From assembly GCF_006345805.1 (NCBI RefSeq), contig NC_043005.1, positions 49,910,001 to 49,974,000 on the forward strand: DNA of 64,000 bases, in the 5' to 3' direction. Positions 26,085 through 38,415 of the stretch are shown here, piece after piece; the stretch's first letter is position 1; every line of letters starts with the position of its first letter. This DNA comes from Octopus sinensis. Lineage: Eukaryota. The notes beneath the pieces were generated by a model that saw nothing but the letters and a program-made list of their open reading frames with translations, searched no databases and was not told where the DNA came from. A program made the position numbers and the translations under genes.

Positions 26085-26312
26085 TTTTATTCTTTTATTT
26101 GTTCCAGTCATCTGACTGTGGTCATGCTGGAGTACTGCCTCAAAGGCTTTTTTTTTATTTGAGGAAATCGATCCCAAGACTTATTCTTTACAAGCCTAGT
26201 ACTTATTTTATCGGTCTCTTTAGCTGAACCACTAAGTTACAAGGAGGTAAACACACCAACATTGGTTGTCAAGCGATGGTGGGGAAACAAAGATAGACAC
26301 AAAGACACACAC

Positions 26313-26397
<85 letters not shown>

Positions 26398-26570
26398 GTG
26401 TGTGTATATACGACAGGCTTCTTTCAGTTTCTGTCTACGAAACCCACTCACAAGGCTTTGGTTGGCTCAAGGCTATAGTAGAAGACACTTGCCCAAGGTA
26501 TCATGCAGTGGGACTGAACCCAGAACCATGTGGTTGTGAAGCAAGCTTCTTACCACACAGCCACTCCTGA
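26085..26570 (-). mobile_element. Family A SINE
   Basis: Full body with an expanded internal TA/CA microsatellite. Confidence 0.85.
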
Positions 26571-26766
26571 ACCTGTTCATTTACCATATATGTGTTTGTG
26601 TAAGATGCACAGTTTTTATTATTCTTAAGCAACAAAAATTGCTATGCATTTAAGGCAGCCATTTTATAGGTGGGATGCTGAATGTCTGAGTGTATGATGA
26701 AACATATTAAATATTATTTACATTATTTACATTTGACGGATATTTGTCTTCATCTTGTTTGTTGTT

Positions 26767-26812
26767 AACACAACATTTCGACTGATATACCCTCCAGCCT
26801 TCTTCAGGTGTC
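26767..26812 (-). ncRNA. Small type I hammerhead ribozyme, near intact
   Basis: GACAC-CTGAAGA-A-GGCTG-gagggtatat-CAGTC-GAAA-TGT-T-GTGTT: stem I 5 bp, intact core, stem II 5 bp, minimal stem III, GUU cleavage triplet. Confidence 0.8.
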
Positions 26813-26884
26813 TTGGGGAAATTTCGAACCTGGATTCTCATTCCTATTATTGTTGTTGTTATTATAATTTATTATTATTATTGT

Positions 26885-26959
26885 TCAGGTCACTGCTTGG
26901 AATTGGACTTGGAATCTTGGGGTTAGTAGCCCGCGTTCTTAACCACTACGCCATATGCC
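26885..26959 (-). promoter_or_regulatory. tRNA-derived internal Pol III promoter region
   Basis: Perfect A box TGGCGTAGTGG, anticodon-like arm GGG-CTACTAA-CCC, decayed B box GTCCAATTCC (intact GTTCGATTCC in the 2345 copy). Confidence 0.75.
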
Positions 26960-26989
26960 TTTGGGCAATTATGGAGTGAATTTTAGGGC

Positions 26990-27160
26990 TTATAAATATA
27001 ATATTTTTCTATCCTTCCTTAATACCGGTTCCCATATGCTGCTCATATCTGCACTCAGTCTGCTTAGGAGGTTGTTATGTCCAAGAATATGTGCTGCTTT
27101 TTTTAGTTTTCTTATATTCCAGTGGTGTTCTGTGTCTATTATATTAAATATGTTTTTTCC
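26990..27160 (-). pseudogene. C-terminal end of a PLE GIY-YIG endonuclease ORF
   Basis: Open frame GKNIFNIIDTEHHWNIRKLKKAAHILGHNNLLSRLSADMSSIWEPVLRKDRKILYL*, matching the I.D.E..W..RK.KEA.HI..LNR..S.IW.P.L pattern of PLE endonuclease termini. Confidence 0.7.
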
Positions 27161-28065
27161 ACTGTCTTATTCAACAACACATCTTTTGTATTAAATTGGA
27201 TTGTCTATGATCAGTCCACTGCAGGACAAAGGCCTCATCATATTCTTTCTATCAACCATGATCTGATGTGGAATCTGTGAATTTGTGCTTCAGATCATAC
27301 TGGTTTCATGAGCTTACTCTCTCACACTGGCTCAACATGGCTTGGCAGAAGTGTGTAGTTTTTGACTTTCATACTCTTACTTAGGAGCAGTTAGAATGAT
27401 TTCATCAACCCCAGTTCTCAACTGGTACTTATTTTATCTGCCTCTGTAAAGATGAAAGGCAAAGTGCATCATATGTTATGATGTGGTCCAGGTACAAAAT
27501 AGCTAAGATGAAATAGTATCTCATTTTGTGCACCCTTCTTAAACTCTCCACAGTGAAAATGTTCTGCTTGTTTAAAGATTCACTCAAGTTCTCAGAAATT
27601 TAATGATGCTAAGAAACCATTCTTTTATCAATGGTCACAAAACAAAGTGTTTTTGTTATTTTATTTTTCAAAATATTTATTTTTTGAACAACATATTTGT
27701 TTATTAACTGTAAGACCCATTTCTATAAATATGTGATATTTTGGGAATGTTATGAGCAATTCAAATAAAGAAATTCAATTATTATTAAAAACAAAATAAA
27801 ATACATCAGGAAAAAACAAAACAAAAATGTGGTATTTATAGACTTAGATACAAAGAAAGCAGCACAATATTTTTTAAATTTCAGATATTGGTGCAGGTGT
27901 TGCTGTGTGGCTGAGAAGCTTTCTTCCTAACCACATGGTTATGGGTTCAATCTCACTGCCTGAAACCTTGGGCAGGTATCTTCTACTATAACCCCAGGCT
28001 AATCAAAGCCTTGTGAGTGAATTTGGTTGATGGAAACGGAAACAAGCTTGTCACGTGTGTGTGTA

Positions 28066-28148
<83 letters not shown>

Positions 28149-28472
28149 TTATAACATAAGCAAATACTGGTCTGTCAAATACCATACAACAAAAATTATG
28201 TATGAATATGTGTGCAACTCCTTGTTTTGATGTTACTAACTTGTTGTAAATGAGTGTCACTGTCATACAAGTGGTGTCATTCATTTCTACTGTTCTGTGT
28301 AAACATTTCCTGTCATAGGGCAATATTATTTTGCCTGGAAGCAAGTGAGGGTTTGTGCAAGGAAGGGCACCCAGCTGTAAAAGATCTGTCCCAAAAACTC
28401 CATCCAATCCATGCAAACATGGTAAATCAGAAATTGAAATGACAATGAATAACTATTGACCTCATATATATA

Positions 28473-29039
28473 TTGGGTTGTCCGGAAAGTTCATGTCGGT
28501 TTATAGTAGCTTACCTTTCGACTTATTTTAGAACATGGTTGAGTTCATAAAATAGGATTTGACTACACCTCCATTTAGAGTACAGTTTAAGCTATCTGTT
28601 CGTGGAAGAAGGTTTATGTTCCTATAACCTGTGTTAATTCTGTAACCCTTTAAAATGGAAGATAAGAAAGTTCATTTTCGGCACTTGAAGCCTTGGGAAC
28701 CAGACAAAAATTGCTGCAGCTCGGCTGGGATGTGTTACCCCCACCCTCCATATTTACCAGATATTGCTCTTTCGGATTTCCACTTATTCAGGTCTCTGCA
28801 GAATAGTCTTAATGGTAAAAATTTCAATTCCTTGGATGACGTAAAAAGATACCTTGATGAATTATTTGCCATGAAACCACCTCAATTCTGAGAAGAGGGT
28901 ATTTTCAAGTTAAAGGAAAGATGGAGATGCATTGTGCAACAAAATGGTTCATATTTGGTAGATTAAAAATGTAATGGCAAGTATTTATTGACCTTTTTCT
29001 TTCCTTTAAAAATCGGCACAAACTTTCCGGACAACCCAA
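28473..29039 (+). mobile_element. Internally deleted mariner (MITE-like, 567 bp) with both TIRs
   Basis: About 30-bp TIRs TTGGGTTGTCCGGAAAGTT.. with TA on the left. The transposase N-terminus MEDKKVHFRHL is fused to the C-terminal PHPPYLPDIALSDFHLFRSLQNSLNGKNF. Confidence 0.92.
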
Positions 29040-29744
29040 GAGTTAAGGGTGTTAACAAACATCAATAATTAACAAATCTTAATAATGTAAAGCATAATTC
29101 AAAATGTTATTTACATATCCTTTTAATGGTTTTGATCTCTGAACTCTGGCTATACTGAGGTACCCATTAGCTTCATGGGTTATAGTCCATTATATCAAGC
29201 CCCGTCTTTTGTCTGATATTCATTTTGTCATCCACTATTTTATCAAATGGCTCAGTTCACCTATTGTGTTACATACATTTCTGTAGCTATTTCCCCTTAT
29301 GGAAGAGAGGCCACTAAGAATTTGCACCAATTTACAATGACATACACAGACAGAGAAATATGTATGTATATATGTATGTATGTCATTGTTCAGTTTTATT
29401 TCAAGATTTCTTGCCAACAGAGAAAGAGCCACTTTATTGGAATTTAAGCATCAAAACAGGTTCTTTTTTTGTATGTATGTGTATGTGCAGATTTGTATGG
29501 TTTGCTTTATGTATGTACTCTCATGCATATAGTTGCATATCTAGACATGCACATATATATTTAATTGATAAACATCTGGAAAGTTTTACAGATTTTTACA
29601 GTTCCAATGATGGATTGGATCTGTAGTCTTTTTCTTTTCTGGTTTTGAGAAGTTTAATTTCTCAAGATTGCCATGTTACATATCCCAGGGCCCCAATATT
29701 TAGAGGTATAAATCTGAACTTGTAATCTGGAAGGAGTGACTGTA

Positions 29745-29762
29745 TGCATGCATGTATGTGTG

Positions 29763-29794
<32 letters not shown>

Positions 29795-29900
29795 TGTATG
29801 TATGTATGTATGTATGTATGCATGCATGCATGCATGCATGCATGTATGTATGTATGTATGTATGTATGTATGTATGTATGTATGTATGTATGTATGTGTC

Positions 29901-29939
<39 letters not shown>

Positions 29940-30245
29940 ATGTATGCATACAAGCAGATTTGTATGTTTTGTTTTATGTATGTTTTGTCATGTATATACT
30001 TGCATATCTAGATATGTTGTATGTATATATATATAGTGAGAGAGAGTGAAGAATATATATGTGTGTGAGTGTAAGGATTGATTCAATAGATTTGTGAGGG
30101 CATCACATATGATGCCTTGCAGAATCTGTTGTGGCTCTGCACTTTCAGTTTAAATCTTGCCAAAGGCAACTTTGCCTCTTGTCCTTTGGCGTTAATAAAT
30201 AAAGCAGCACTCACATAATGGGGGACGGTCCTTCTTCCTTTCTCC

Positions 30246-30314
<69 letters not shown>

Positions 30315-30360
30315 TTTCCTTCCTTCCTTCCTTCTTTCTTTCTTTCTTTCTTTCTTTTCT
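29745..30360. repeat. (TATG/CATG)n and (TTTC)n microsatellites
   Basis: Tetranucleotide arrays at 29745-29945 and 30235-30360. Confidence 0.9.
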
Positions 30361-30574
30361 CTCTCTTTCTATTTTTATCTCACTGTCCCAGAATTGGTTA
30401 TAGCTGACGAAAGGATGGGTTTAAGAAAAAAAGGGAGACAAAGGGAAACCAATTTCATATTCACCCATGAAAATTCCATGACAGGTGTTTGTCATAAAAA
30501 TGACCAAGGGTTATTTTGCTCATCTGGTGGGGAAGAAGCAGTATATATATATATCATCATCATCATCATCATCA

Positions 30575-30820
30575 TCATCATTTAACGTCCGCTTTCCATG
30601 CTAGCATGGGTTGGACGGTTCAACTGGTGTCTGGGGAGCCCGAAGGCTGCACCAGGCCAGTCAGATCTGGCAGTGTTTCTACAGCTGGATGCCCTTCCTA
30701 ACGCCAACCACTCCGAGAGTGTAGTGGGTGATTTTATGTGCCACCGACACAGGTGCCAGACGAGGCTGGCGAACGGCCATGCTCGGATGGTGTTTTTATG
30801 TGCCACCGACACAGGTGCCA
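30575..30820 (-). mobile_element. Family D repeat (young copy)
   Basis: (CAT)n-TTTAACGTCCGCTTTCCATGCTAGCATGGG..GTGCCACCGACACAGGTGCCAGA; near-identical to 60630-60890 in the opposite orientation. Confidence 0.8.
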
Positions 30821-30870
30821 GACATATATATATATATATATACACACATATATTACATACATACACACAC

Positions 30871-30923
<53 letters not shown>

Positions 30924-31983
30924 TACTCACTGTCATCATTTAGTGTCTGCTTTCTTTGCAAGTCACTGCACAGTTTGTGTGTATGTATGTGTGTATGTGT
31001 GCATGCATGTGAGTGTACACATATGCACACAAATGCACACACACTCACATGTCTACACATGCACATATATGAAAATAAAAGAAATATATATATATATAAA
31101 TATATATATTATATTCAGGACAAATCCCTGCATGGTTTCTATCTGCCAAATTCTATTTACAATGTATTTGTCAATCCATGGATGCGTAATTTTTAATAGT
31201 TTCTTCCTTTTCTTATATTTAAAGTGTAAAATAGAAAGACAACTTGAATTTGGAAGGCTTATTTATTTATTTATTTATTTATTTTGTATTCAACACTAAG
31301 TTTAATCTCAAAAAGAATGAGTCAATAATAGATCTTTTGTATGGTCACTTGACGAGTTAGAAATAGCAGCTAAACCTTTCTCAAATTGCTCCTTAATGAG
31401 TTTAGTAAAGAAAAAAAACACAGTGGATATTGTGAAGTATATTTGCCACTTAAATGTGGCTAACCTTTAAGGGTGGATGCTACTGTATTTGCAAAGGGAA
31501 GCTATCCTTCCCAGCTTCAATCTGACATGATACACACGGACTCGAGTTTCTGGGTATTGACCTGTCATCAGCATGTGACAATCATCAATTGTCGATGAAA
31601 AGTGGGTCCCCTTTGCAAATATATATCCTTTTTCCAGTGACGAAAAGTCACTGATCTTGAAAAAGTGTAAACAAGCAATAATAAATCTCTGAGTGAGGTA
31701 TAAACAGTAGCTGCACAACAATGTGAAAAAGGATATATATTTTCACTGATGTTGGTGTTTAAATGTTCCTGAAATCTAGCAGTTCAGCAAAAGAGACTGA
31801 TAGAACAAGTACTAGGCTTACAAACAATAAGTCCTGGGGTCAATTTCTTTGACTAAAAAACTATTTAAAGTGGTCCTCCAGCATGGCCACAGTCAAATGA
31901 CTGAAATAAGTAAAAGAATAAAAGAATATATATATACACATGTATGCATGCATGTATAATATAAATAATGGGTAAGTAGGATC

Positions 31984-32190
31984 CTTACAGGAAGCCCAAG
32001 AAGGAAAGTGTGTATATCCACAGAAACTTTAACCACTCCACTGCTGTAATTAGAAATCTTGTGTCGGGCATCAGTAGAAGAATATCTAAACTTTCAGTTG
32101 ACAGAGAGATCTTCAACAGAGCTGCTCCCCACCGTTAAAATGGGGAATTAAATAAAAGTGGATTCATTAAGAAGTTCAGATGTGTTGGGG
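31984..32190 (+). pseudogene. Penelope RT thumb/C-terminal fragment
   Basis: PYRKPKKESVYIHRNFNHSTAVIRNLVSGISRRISKLSVDREIFNRAAP..LNKSGF, matching the PYRKP..Y...SNHP..I.N....ISRRIS.LS....IF..AAP...AL..SG motif of Penelope RTs. Confidence 0.8.
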
Positions 32191-33076
32191 GACTCCGATC
32201 AACCCTCCATCTAATTAACAACACCATGTGACCTGCATTAACCAATAGCAGCCCAATCACTGGAAGTCGTCTTTGTATCTCCTCCATTCAGTTCTATGAG
32301 CCTGATGAGTTACGTTTGTTTTTTGAGCCTATGAAATATTGAGTTGCTTGGAGCCAAATCAAACTGTTATTAAATTATATGTGTGTGTGTGGTGTGTGTT
32401 GTGTGTGTGTGTGTGTAATCTAAGGTTGATTCATATACCTACTGTAGGTTTTTGAAAGCATCATGAGGGTATGTTATCTAAATTATTTGTGGCTTTATGC
32501 ATATCAGTGATTAGCTGTACAAACAAACTCCCCCCCCCCACACACACATACACACACACACACATGTATACACAAATACATTTATGCATGCAGAAATACA
32601 TACATATGTATACATATAAATTCACATGTATACACCCACACACACATACACCTTCACACATATATAATACATACATATACACACATATATGTATACATGC
32701 ATATATGCATGTACGTAAATACCATATATGCTTGCATTTATATTTATAAAATGTATCTAGGTATATACGTTGATATATATACACAACATTTACTAATAAA
32801 TCAACAGGAACGTGAAGAAATGTAGACTTAGTTGTCAGTGAATAAATGGGTAGTGATGAATTTTCTAAGTTTTCAAGAATTGATAATGAAGAATATATGT
32901 ATATATAAATATATATATGCTTGTATATATGTATGTATATACCTACCAACATACCTACCCACATGCTGACCTACTTACATACACACATACACACACTACA
33001 CATATAAATTTGTATACAGGTATATATATAGAAATGTTTATACATATGTGTGAGAGTGTGCTGGTGGATGTATGTA

Positions 33077-33112
<36 letters not shown>

Positions 33113-33140
33113 TGTATGTATGTATGTGTGTATGTATGTA

Positions 33141-33215
<75 letters not shown>

Positions 33216-33914
33216 TAGGAGAAAAGAGAGAGAGAGAGACCCACAAAAAAAGATGAAGAAAATTTATTTTCTTTTAGGAAATGTCTTGTAATGAACATGT
33301 TAGGTACTGAACCAAACACACCAATATAAAGTATACAGAATCAACACAATTGTAGCATATTGGATGTATGGAATCAAAACAATGGTGACAAACTGAAAGA
33401 AAAACTCAGATGAAGAATGTATAGATAATGACACAGAAGTAGAATTTCAATACAATTTATAGAATTTATAATAATAATTGGTTCTTTTCAACAAATACAC
33501 ATCTTTGGCTCATGTGTCTCATAAAAGTACTATCATTGTTTGTACAGGCATACACAGACCCTCCTTCACACATACATATATACTTACATATATATATAGA
33601 GAGAGAGAGAAAGATATAGATATAGATAAAGATACAGCTCATCTTCTTTTCATTACAGATATATTTGCATATATATTCAATTATTCAGGTATTTTGGTTT
33701 CAATATGAAGTATGCTTCACTTCATGCGTTGGAGTAAAAGATGATATCGGAGTTTGTAACAAAAGACTTAAAGAGATGTAAATTTTCAGTTCCTTGCATT
33801 TTGAATCCTTTGTTTCACTTGTGGCCCAATAGTTCATAAATTAGCACTTTCATACAGTAGTGTGTTGAACTTTAATGCATACAAAAATTTCTGAATTTTC
33901 AGTTTCTTTAATTG

Positions 33915-33922
33915 ATAATTAA

Positions 33923-33982
<60 letters not shown>

Positions 33983-34500
33983 TATTATTATTCTATTATT
34001 ATTATTATTATTATTATTATATTATTATTATATTATTATTATTATTATTATATTATTATTATTATTATTTAAGGTGGTGGTCTGGCTGAATCGTTAGCAT
34101 GCCAGGTAAAATGCTTAGCGGAATTTTCTCTGTCTGCATGATCTGAGTTCAAATTCCATTGGGGTCAACTTTGTCTTTCATCTTTTGGGGTCGATAAATT
34201 AAGTACCAGTGAAACACTGGGGTCTATGTAATCGACTTAACTTCTCCCCTCAAATTTCAGCCTTTAGTAGAAAGGATTATCATTATTATTTAAGGCAGTG
34301 AGCTGGCAGAATCAGTTGCACTCGAGAAAAAATTCCTAGCAACATTTTTTTCTGACCATATGTTCTGAGTTCAAATGCCACTGGGTTAGACCTTTCCTTT
34401 TATCCTTTTGAGTTTCATAAAATAAGGACCAGCTAAGTACTGGGGTCAATGTAATCAATCATCCCCCTCTTCCAAATTTCAGGCCTTGTGTATTATAGTG
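33915..34500 (+). mobile_element. (ATT)n tract followed by two tandem family B SINEs
   Basis: Heads TTTAAGG(TG/CA)GTG..GGC(T/A)GAATC at 34070 and 34290. Confidence 0.8.
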
Positions 34501-36799
34501 TAAAAGATAAGACAGACAACATCATATAGTACTGGCTGCTCAGTTGACTTCACATTACTTCATACATCAGCCAAGACTTCCTTTAGTTAGTCTTTTGAGG
34601 GCACACAAAAAATACTCTTCATGTAGCAGAATTATGACATTTTTCTCCTTGCTCACACTCAGATAAATTCATTGCCAAGGAGATACAGTTTTTTGCAACA
34701 CACCACCGTCACATTTTTCTAGACTGGATTTTTGTCCATGCCCAAAATTTGTCTATGGCAAGAAATCACTGCAATGCTGCTTCCAATTATAAAATTCTTG
34801 CTTGGCATAATATGTGGTTGTTTGTGTGTGCTGTTGGGGTTGCTTTTATTGCTAAGTGAGTCACTGACACTATTCTGAATACCATTATCGATAGAAAAAT
34901 CATTATTTTTTTTATACTTTTAAATTTTATGTTCTACTGGAAAGCATTCTTGTTCATATTTTTTTCTTATTTACTGTCTGCAGACACATGCTAACTACTG
35001 TTTAAGATTATAGGGACATACTTGCTAAAAGCAATTTTCTCAATTTAGAAATGAAGAAAATATTTGCTTATCAAAAGTAAAGTTTTTTTCGCCTCCAAAC
35101 AGTTAAGTTGGAGCAAAGACATATATGTTTTTGTCGTGTAGTAAAACAGAAAAAAGTGGCACTCCATTGATTACAACAAGGGTTCAAGTTGATCCAATCA
35201 ATGGGACAACCAGCTGGTGAAATTAACATGCATGTGGCTGAGTACTCCACAGACATGTGTACTTTTAACATACTTCTCAGGAAGATTCAGCATGACATAA
35301 AGTCTGACAAAGCTGGCCCTTTGAAATATAGGCACCACTCATTTTCACCAGCTTAGTTGACTGGAGCAATGTGAAATAAAGTGTCTTGCTCAAGAACACA
35401 ACATGTTGCCAGGAATTGAACTCACGACCTTGTGATTGTGAGACCACTAAACCACACAAAAATGAATCCTTTTCATTTAAATCCCACTTGGTATTTTCAA
35501 CTGATGCTAGTCATTTACATCAATCACCAGTAGTTGACCGGTATTTATTTTATCGACCCCAGATGGATGAAAGGCAATGTTCACCTCAGCAGAAGGTTTC
35601 ATCCTGGCTGCTCAAGATCAAAGCCTATTAACCCGGAACTACCAGGCCAATGTGATGAAAAATGTGAAAAAAAAAAATGAATGAACTATTGAGTTTGGTT
35701 TAATGGCCTACCAATGTATACTATGAGTTTCTTTGCCCTAGGAGTCGGGAAGACACTCGGCAAGAAATGGAAGCAAATTTGAAAGAAGAAAAAAAAAAAA
35801 AAAATAATAATAATAATTGTCATTTCAAATTTTGGCACAAGGCCAGCAATATTGAGGGAGGGTATAAGTCTATTATATCAACCCCAGTACTTGACTGGTA
35901 CTTATTTTGTTGACCCTGAAAGGATGAAAGGCAAAGCTGGCCTTAGCTGAATTTGAACTCAGAATGTAATGATGGACTAAATGCTGCTAAGCATTTTTCC
36001 AAGCATGCTAACACTTCTGCCATCTTGCCACCTTCTTAATAATAACAATATTGATAATCCTTTCTGCTGGTGATGCAAAGCCTGAAATTTTGCAGGGAGA
36101 AGATAAGTTGATTACATCAACCCTAGTGCTCAGCTGGTACTTATTTTATTGAACCCAAAAGGATGAAAGGTAAAGTTGACCTTAGTGGAATTTGAACTCA
36201 GAATATTCTTTACTCTTTTACTCTTTTACTTGTTTCAGTCATGTGACTGTGGCCATGCTGGAGCACCGCCTTTAGTCGAACAAATCAACCCCAGAGCTTA
36301 TTCTTTGTAAGCCTAGTACTTATTCTATCGGTCTCATCCACCGAACTGCTAAGTTACGGAGACATAAACACACCAGCATCGGTTGTCAAGCGATGTTGAC
36401 TGAACCCAGAACCATGAGGTTGGTATGCAAGTTACTTACCACACAGCCACTCCTGTAAAGATGGACAAAATACTGCTAAGCATTTTTGTCCAGCATGCTT
36501 AATATTCTGCCAACTCACTGTCTTAATAGTTAGTAATAATAATAATAATAATAATAATTTTAATAATTATAATTTTCTTATTAACCATAATTGGTCAGGG
36601 GTTGGACAAACAAAGTTTCATGTGAGGGGCAGGATGAAGATGTTTTACAATAGATGGGTTAAAAATTTAAATAGGAAATAAATTTAAAAATAACAAAAGA
36701 ATAATCAAAACAAAACATAAATTAAATTTAAAAAGAAATTTTAATAATTTAGGATTACCCATTCTCAGTCAGATGAAAACTCACAGGTTGGTTTGAACC

Positions 36800-38030
36800 A
36801 GTTGTACCCTACAATTCTACCCCTCCATGATTCTCTGTACTGTATTCTGCTGTACCAAAAGGTACTTGTTAGCACTCTTTTGATGTATGCGGGTTAGGGA
36901 TGACTGAATGTGTTTGGGCTTTCTTTCTGCCCTGTACTCACAAATTCTTTGTTGTACATTGTACTAACACTGTCATTTGCATGACTCAGAAATTCATGAG
37001 ATGTTCTGATACATGTATCTACTTCCTCTTTGCTTCTACTGTAACTACTGTTACTACTGTAAACCTCTTGTGGAGGTGCAATGGCCCAGTGGTTAGGGCA
37101 GTGGACTCGCGGTCGTAGGATCGCGGTTTCGATTCCCAGACCGGGCGTTGTGAGTGTTTATTGAGCGAAAACACCTAAAGCTCCACGAGGCTCCGGCAGG
37201 GGATGGTGGTGATCCCTGCTGCACTCTTTCACCACAACTTTCTCTCAATCTTACTTCCTGTTTCTGTTGTACCTATATTTCAAAGGGCCGGCCTTGTCAC
37301 TCTCTTGTGTTACGCTGAATATCCCTGAGAACTACGTTAAGGGTACACGTGTCTGTGGAGTGCTCAGCCACTTACACGTTAATTTCACGAGCAGGCTGTT
37401 CCGTTGATTGGATCAACCGGAACCCTCGTCGTTGTAACCGACGGAGTGCTTCCCACTGTAAACCTCATGGTGTTTTCCTCCTTATTCTTGTCATTGTGTT
37501 TTGCCAGGGATTTCATCTTTTCTTCTTAGAGGTAAATCATTCATTTTTTCTTGTATTTTCTGAGATGGTTTATTCATTTTGGTTGTTCTGCATCATCTTC
37601 AGTTCATCACAAGGCAATGGAGTTGTGCTGTTGTTTACTACAGTTGAAGACCAAGGTCCATCATCTTCAGAACTGTGATCTATGATATTCTAGAGATTGG
37701 GGTCTCCAGCTGGTTTTTGGTTGCTTCTGTTTCTCTTCCCTATACATCTTTCTTTTTATATTTTATAGCTAAGAACAAAGGACTTTCGGGTGTCTCGTGC
37801 TTTTGCAAGTGTTGCAACTATGTCTTTTGCAGAGTACTACAAGTCTTTTACTCTTCGTTTCTGTGCTAACAACAGGGCAAAGTTCTGCTTTGATCCTGTA
37901 TTTTTTTTCGCTCGGGATTTGTAAGTCTATTCTTATCCCAACCAACCAAATATTGTCCTTTGTGACCACTAGGGTAACTACCTATCCACACTTCGATACA
38001 AAGATTACAAACCAAAGATTAATATCACAA
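36800..38030 (-). pseudogene. Possible decayed coding sequence of unknown origin, interrupted by a SINE
   Basis: Purine-rich, non-repetitive minus strand with protein-like stretches broken by stops; no family recognised. Confidence 0.3.
37068..37454 (+). mobile_element. Young full-length family C tRNA-SINE
   Basis: A box TGGCCCAGTGG, B box GTTTCGATTCC, many CpGs retained, perfect 12-bp TSD ACTGTAAACCTC (37056-37067 / 37455-37466). Confidence 0.92.
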
Positions 38031-38032
38031 TG

Positions 38033-38415
38033 CCCTTGACTCTTACTCTTGACTGTTACTCTTGAATGTTACACTTGACTGTTACACTTGACTGTTACTC
38101 TTGACTGTTACACTTGACTGTTACTCTTGACTGTTACTCTTGACTGTTACACTTGACTGTTACTCTTGACTGTTACTCTTGACTGTTACACTTGACTGTT
38201 ATTCTTGACTGTTACTCTGACTGTTACTCTTGACTGTTACTCTTGAATGTTACACTTGACTGTTACACTTGACTGTTACTCTTGACTGTTACACTTGACT
38301 ATTACTCTTGACTGTTACTCTTGACTGTTACACTTGACTGTTATTTTTGACTGTTACTCTGACTGTTATTCTTGACTGTTACTCTGACTGTTACTCTTGA
38401 CTGTTACACTTGACT
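38033..38415. repeat. 13-bp minisatellite CTTGACTGTTAC(T/A), about 29 copies
   Basis: Direct reading; patterned variants including TGAATG and 12-bp deletion units. Confidence 0.95.

Larger units (their letters stand above)
26710..27200 (-). mobile_element. Penelope-like element 3' end: endonuclease C-terminus, tRNA-like head, (AAT)n, hammerhead, tail
   Basis: Three components (listed separately) in collinear order on the minus strand; 26710-26959 is homologous to the SINE at 2340-2666. Confidence 0.8.

Noticed and set aside
30598-31299. 233-aa ORF
   Set aside because: Read-through of a family D repeat into TA/CA microsatellites; the same peptide start recurs at 60621-60848.
31480-31720. DEKWV motif suggesting a mariner fragment
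   Set aside because: Single short motif with no supporting upstream or downstream motifs in frame.
32285-32350. GAGC-CTGATGAG..GAAA downstream of the Penelope RT fragment (similar motif at 61015-61069, minus strand)
   Set aside because: Stems I-III cannot be formed convincingly here, and the 61015 copy lacks an intact GAAA. Possibly decayed HHRs, but unsupported.
37073-37145. tRNA-like sequence with A and B boxes
   Set aside because: It is the head of a TSD-flanked SINE with no acceptor-stem closure; not called a tRNA gene. The same applies to 2345 and 26885.
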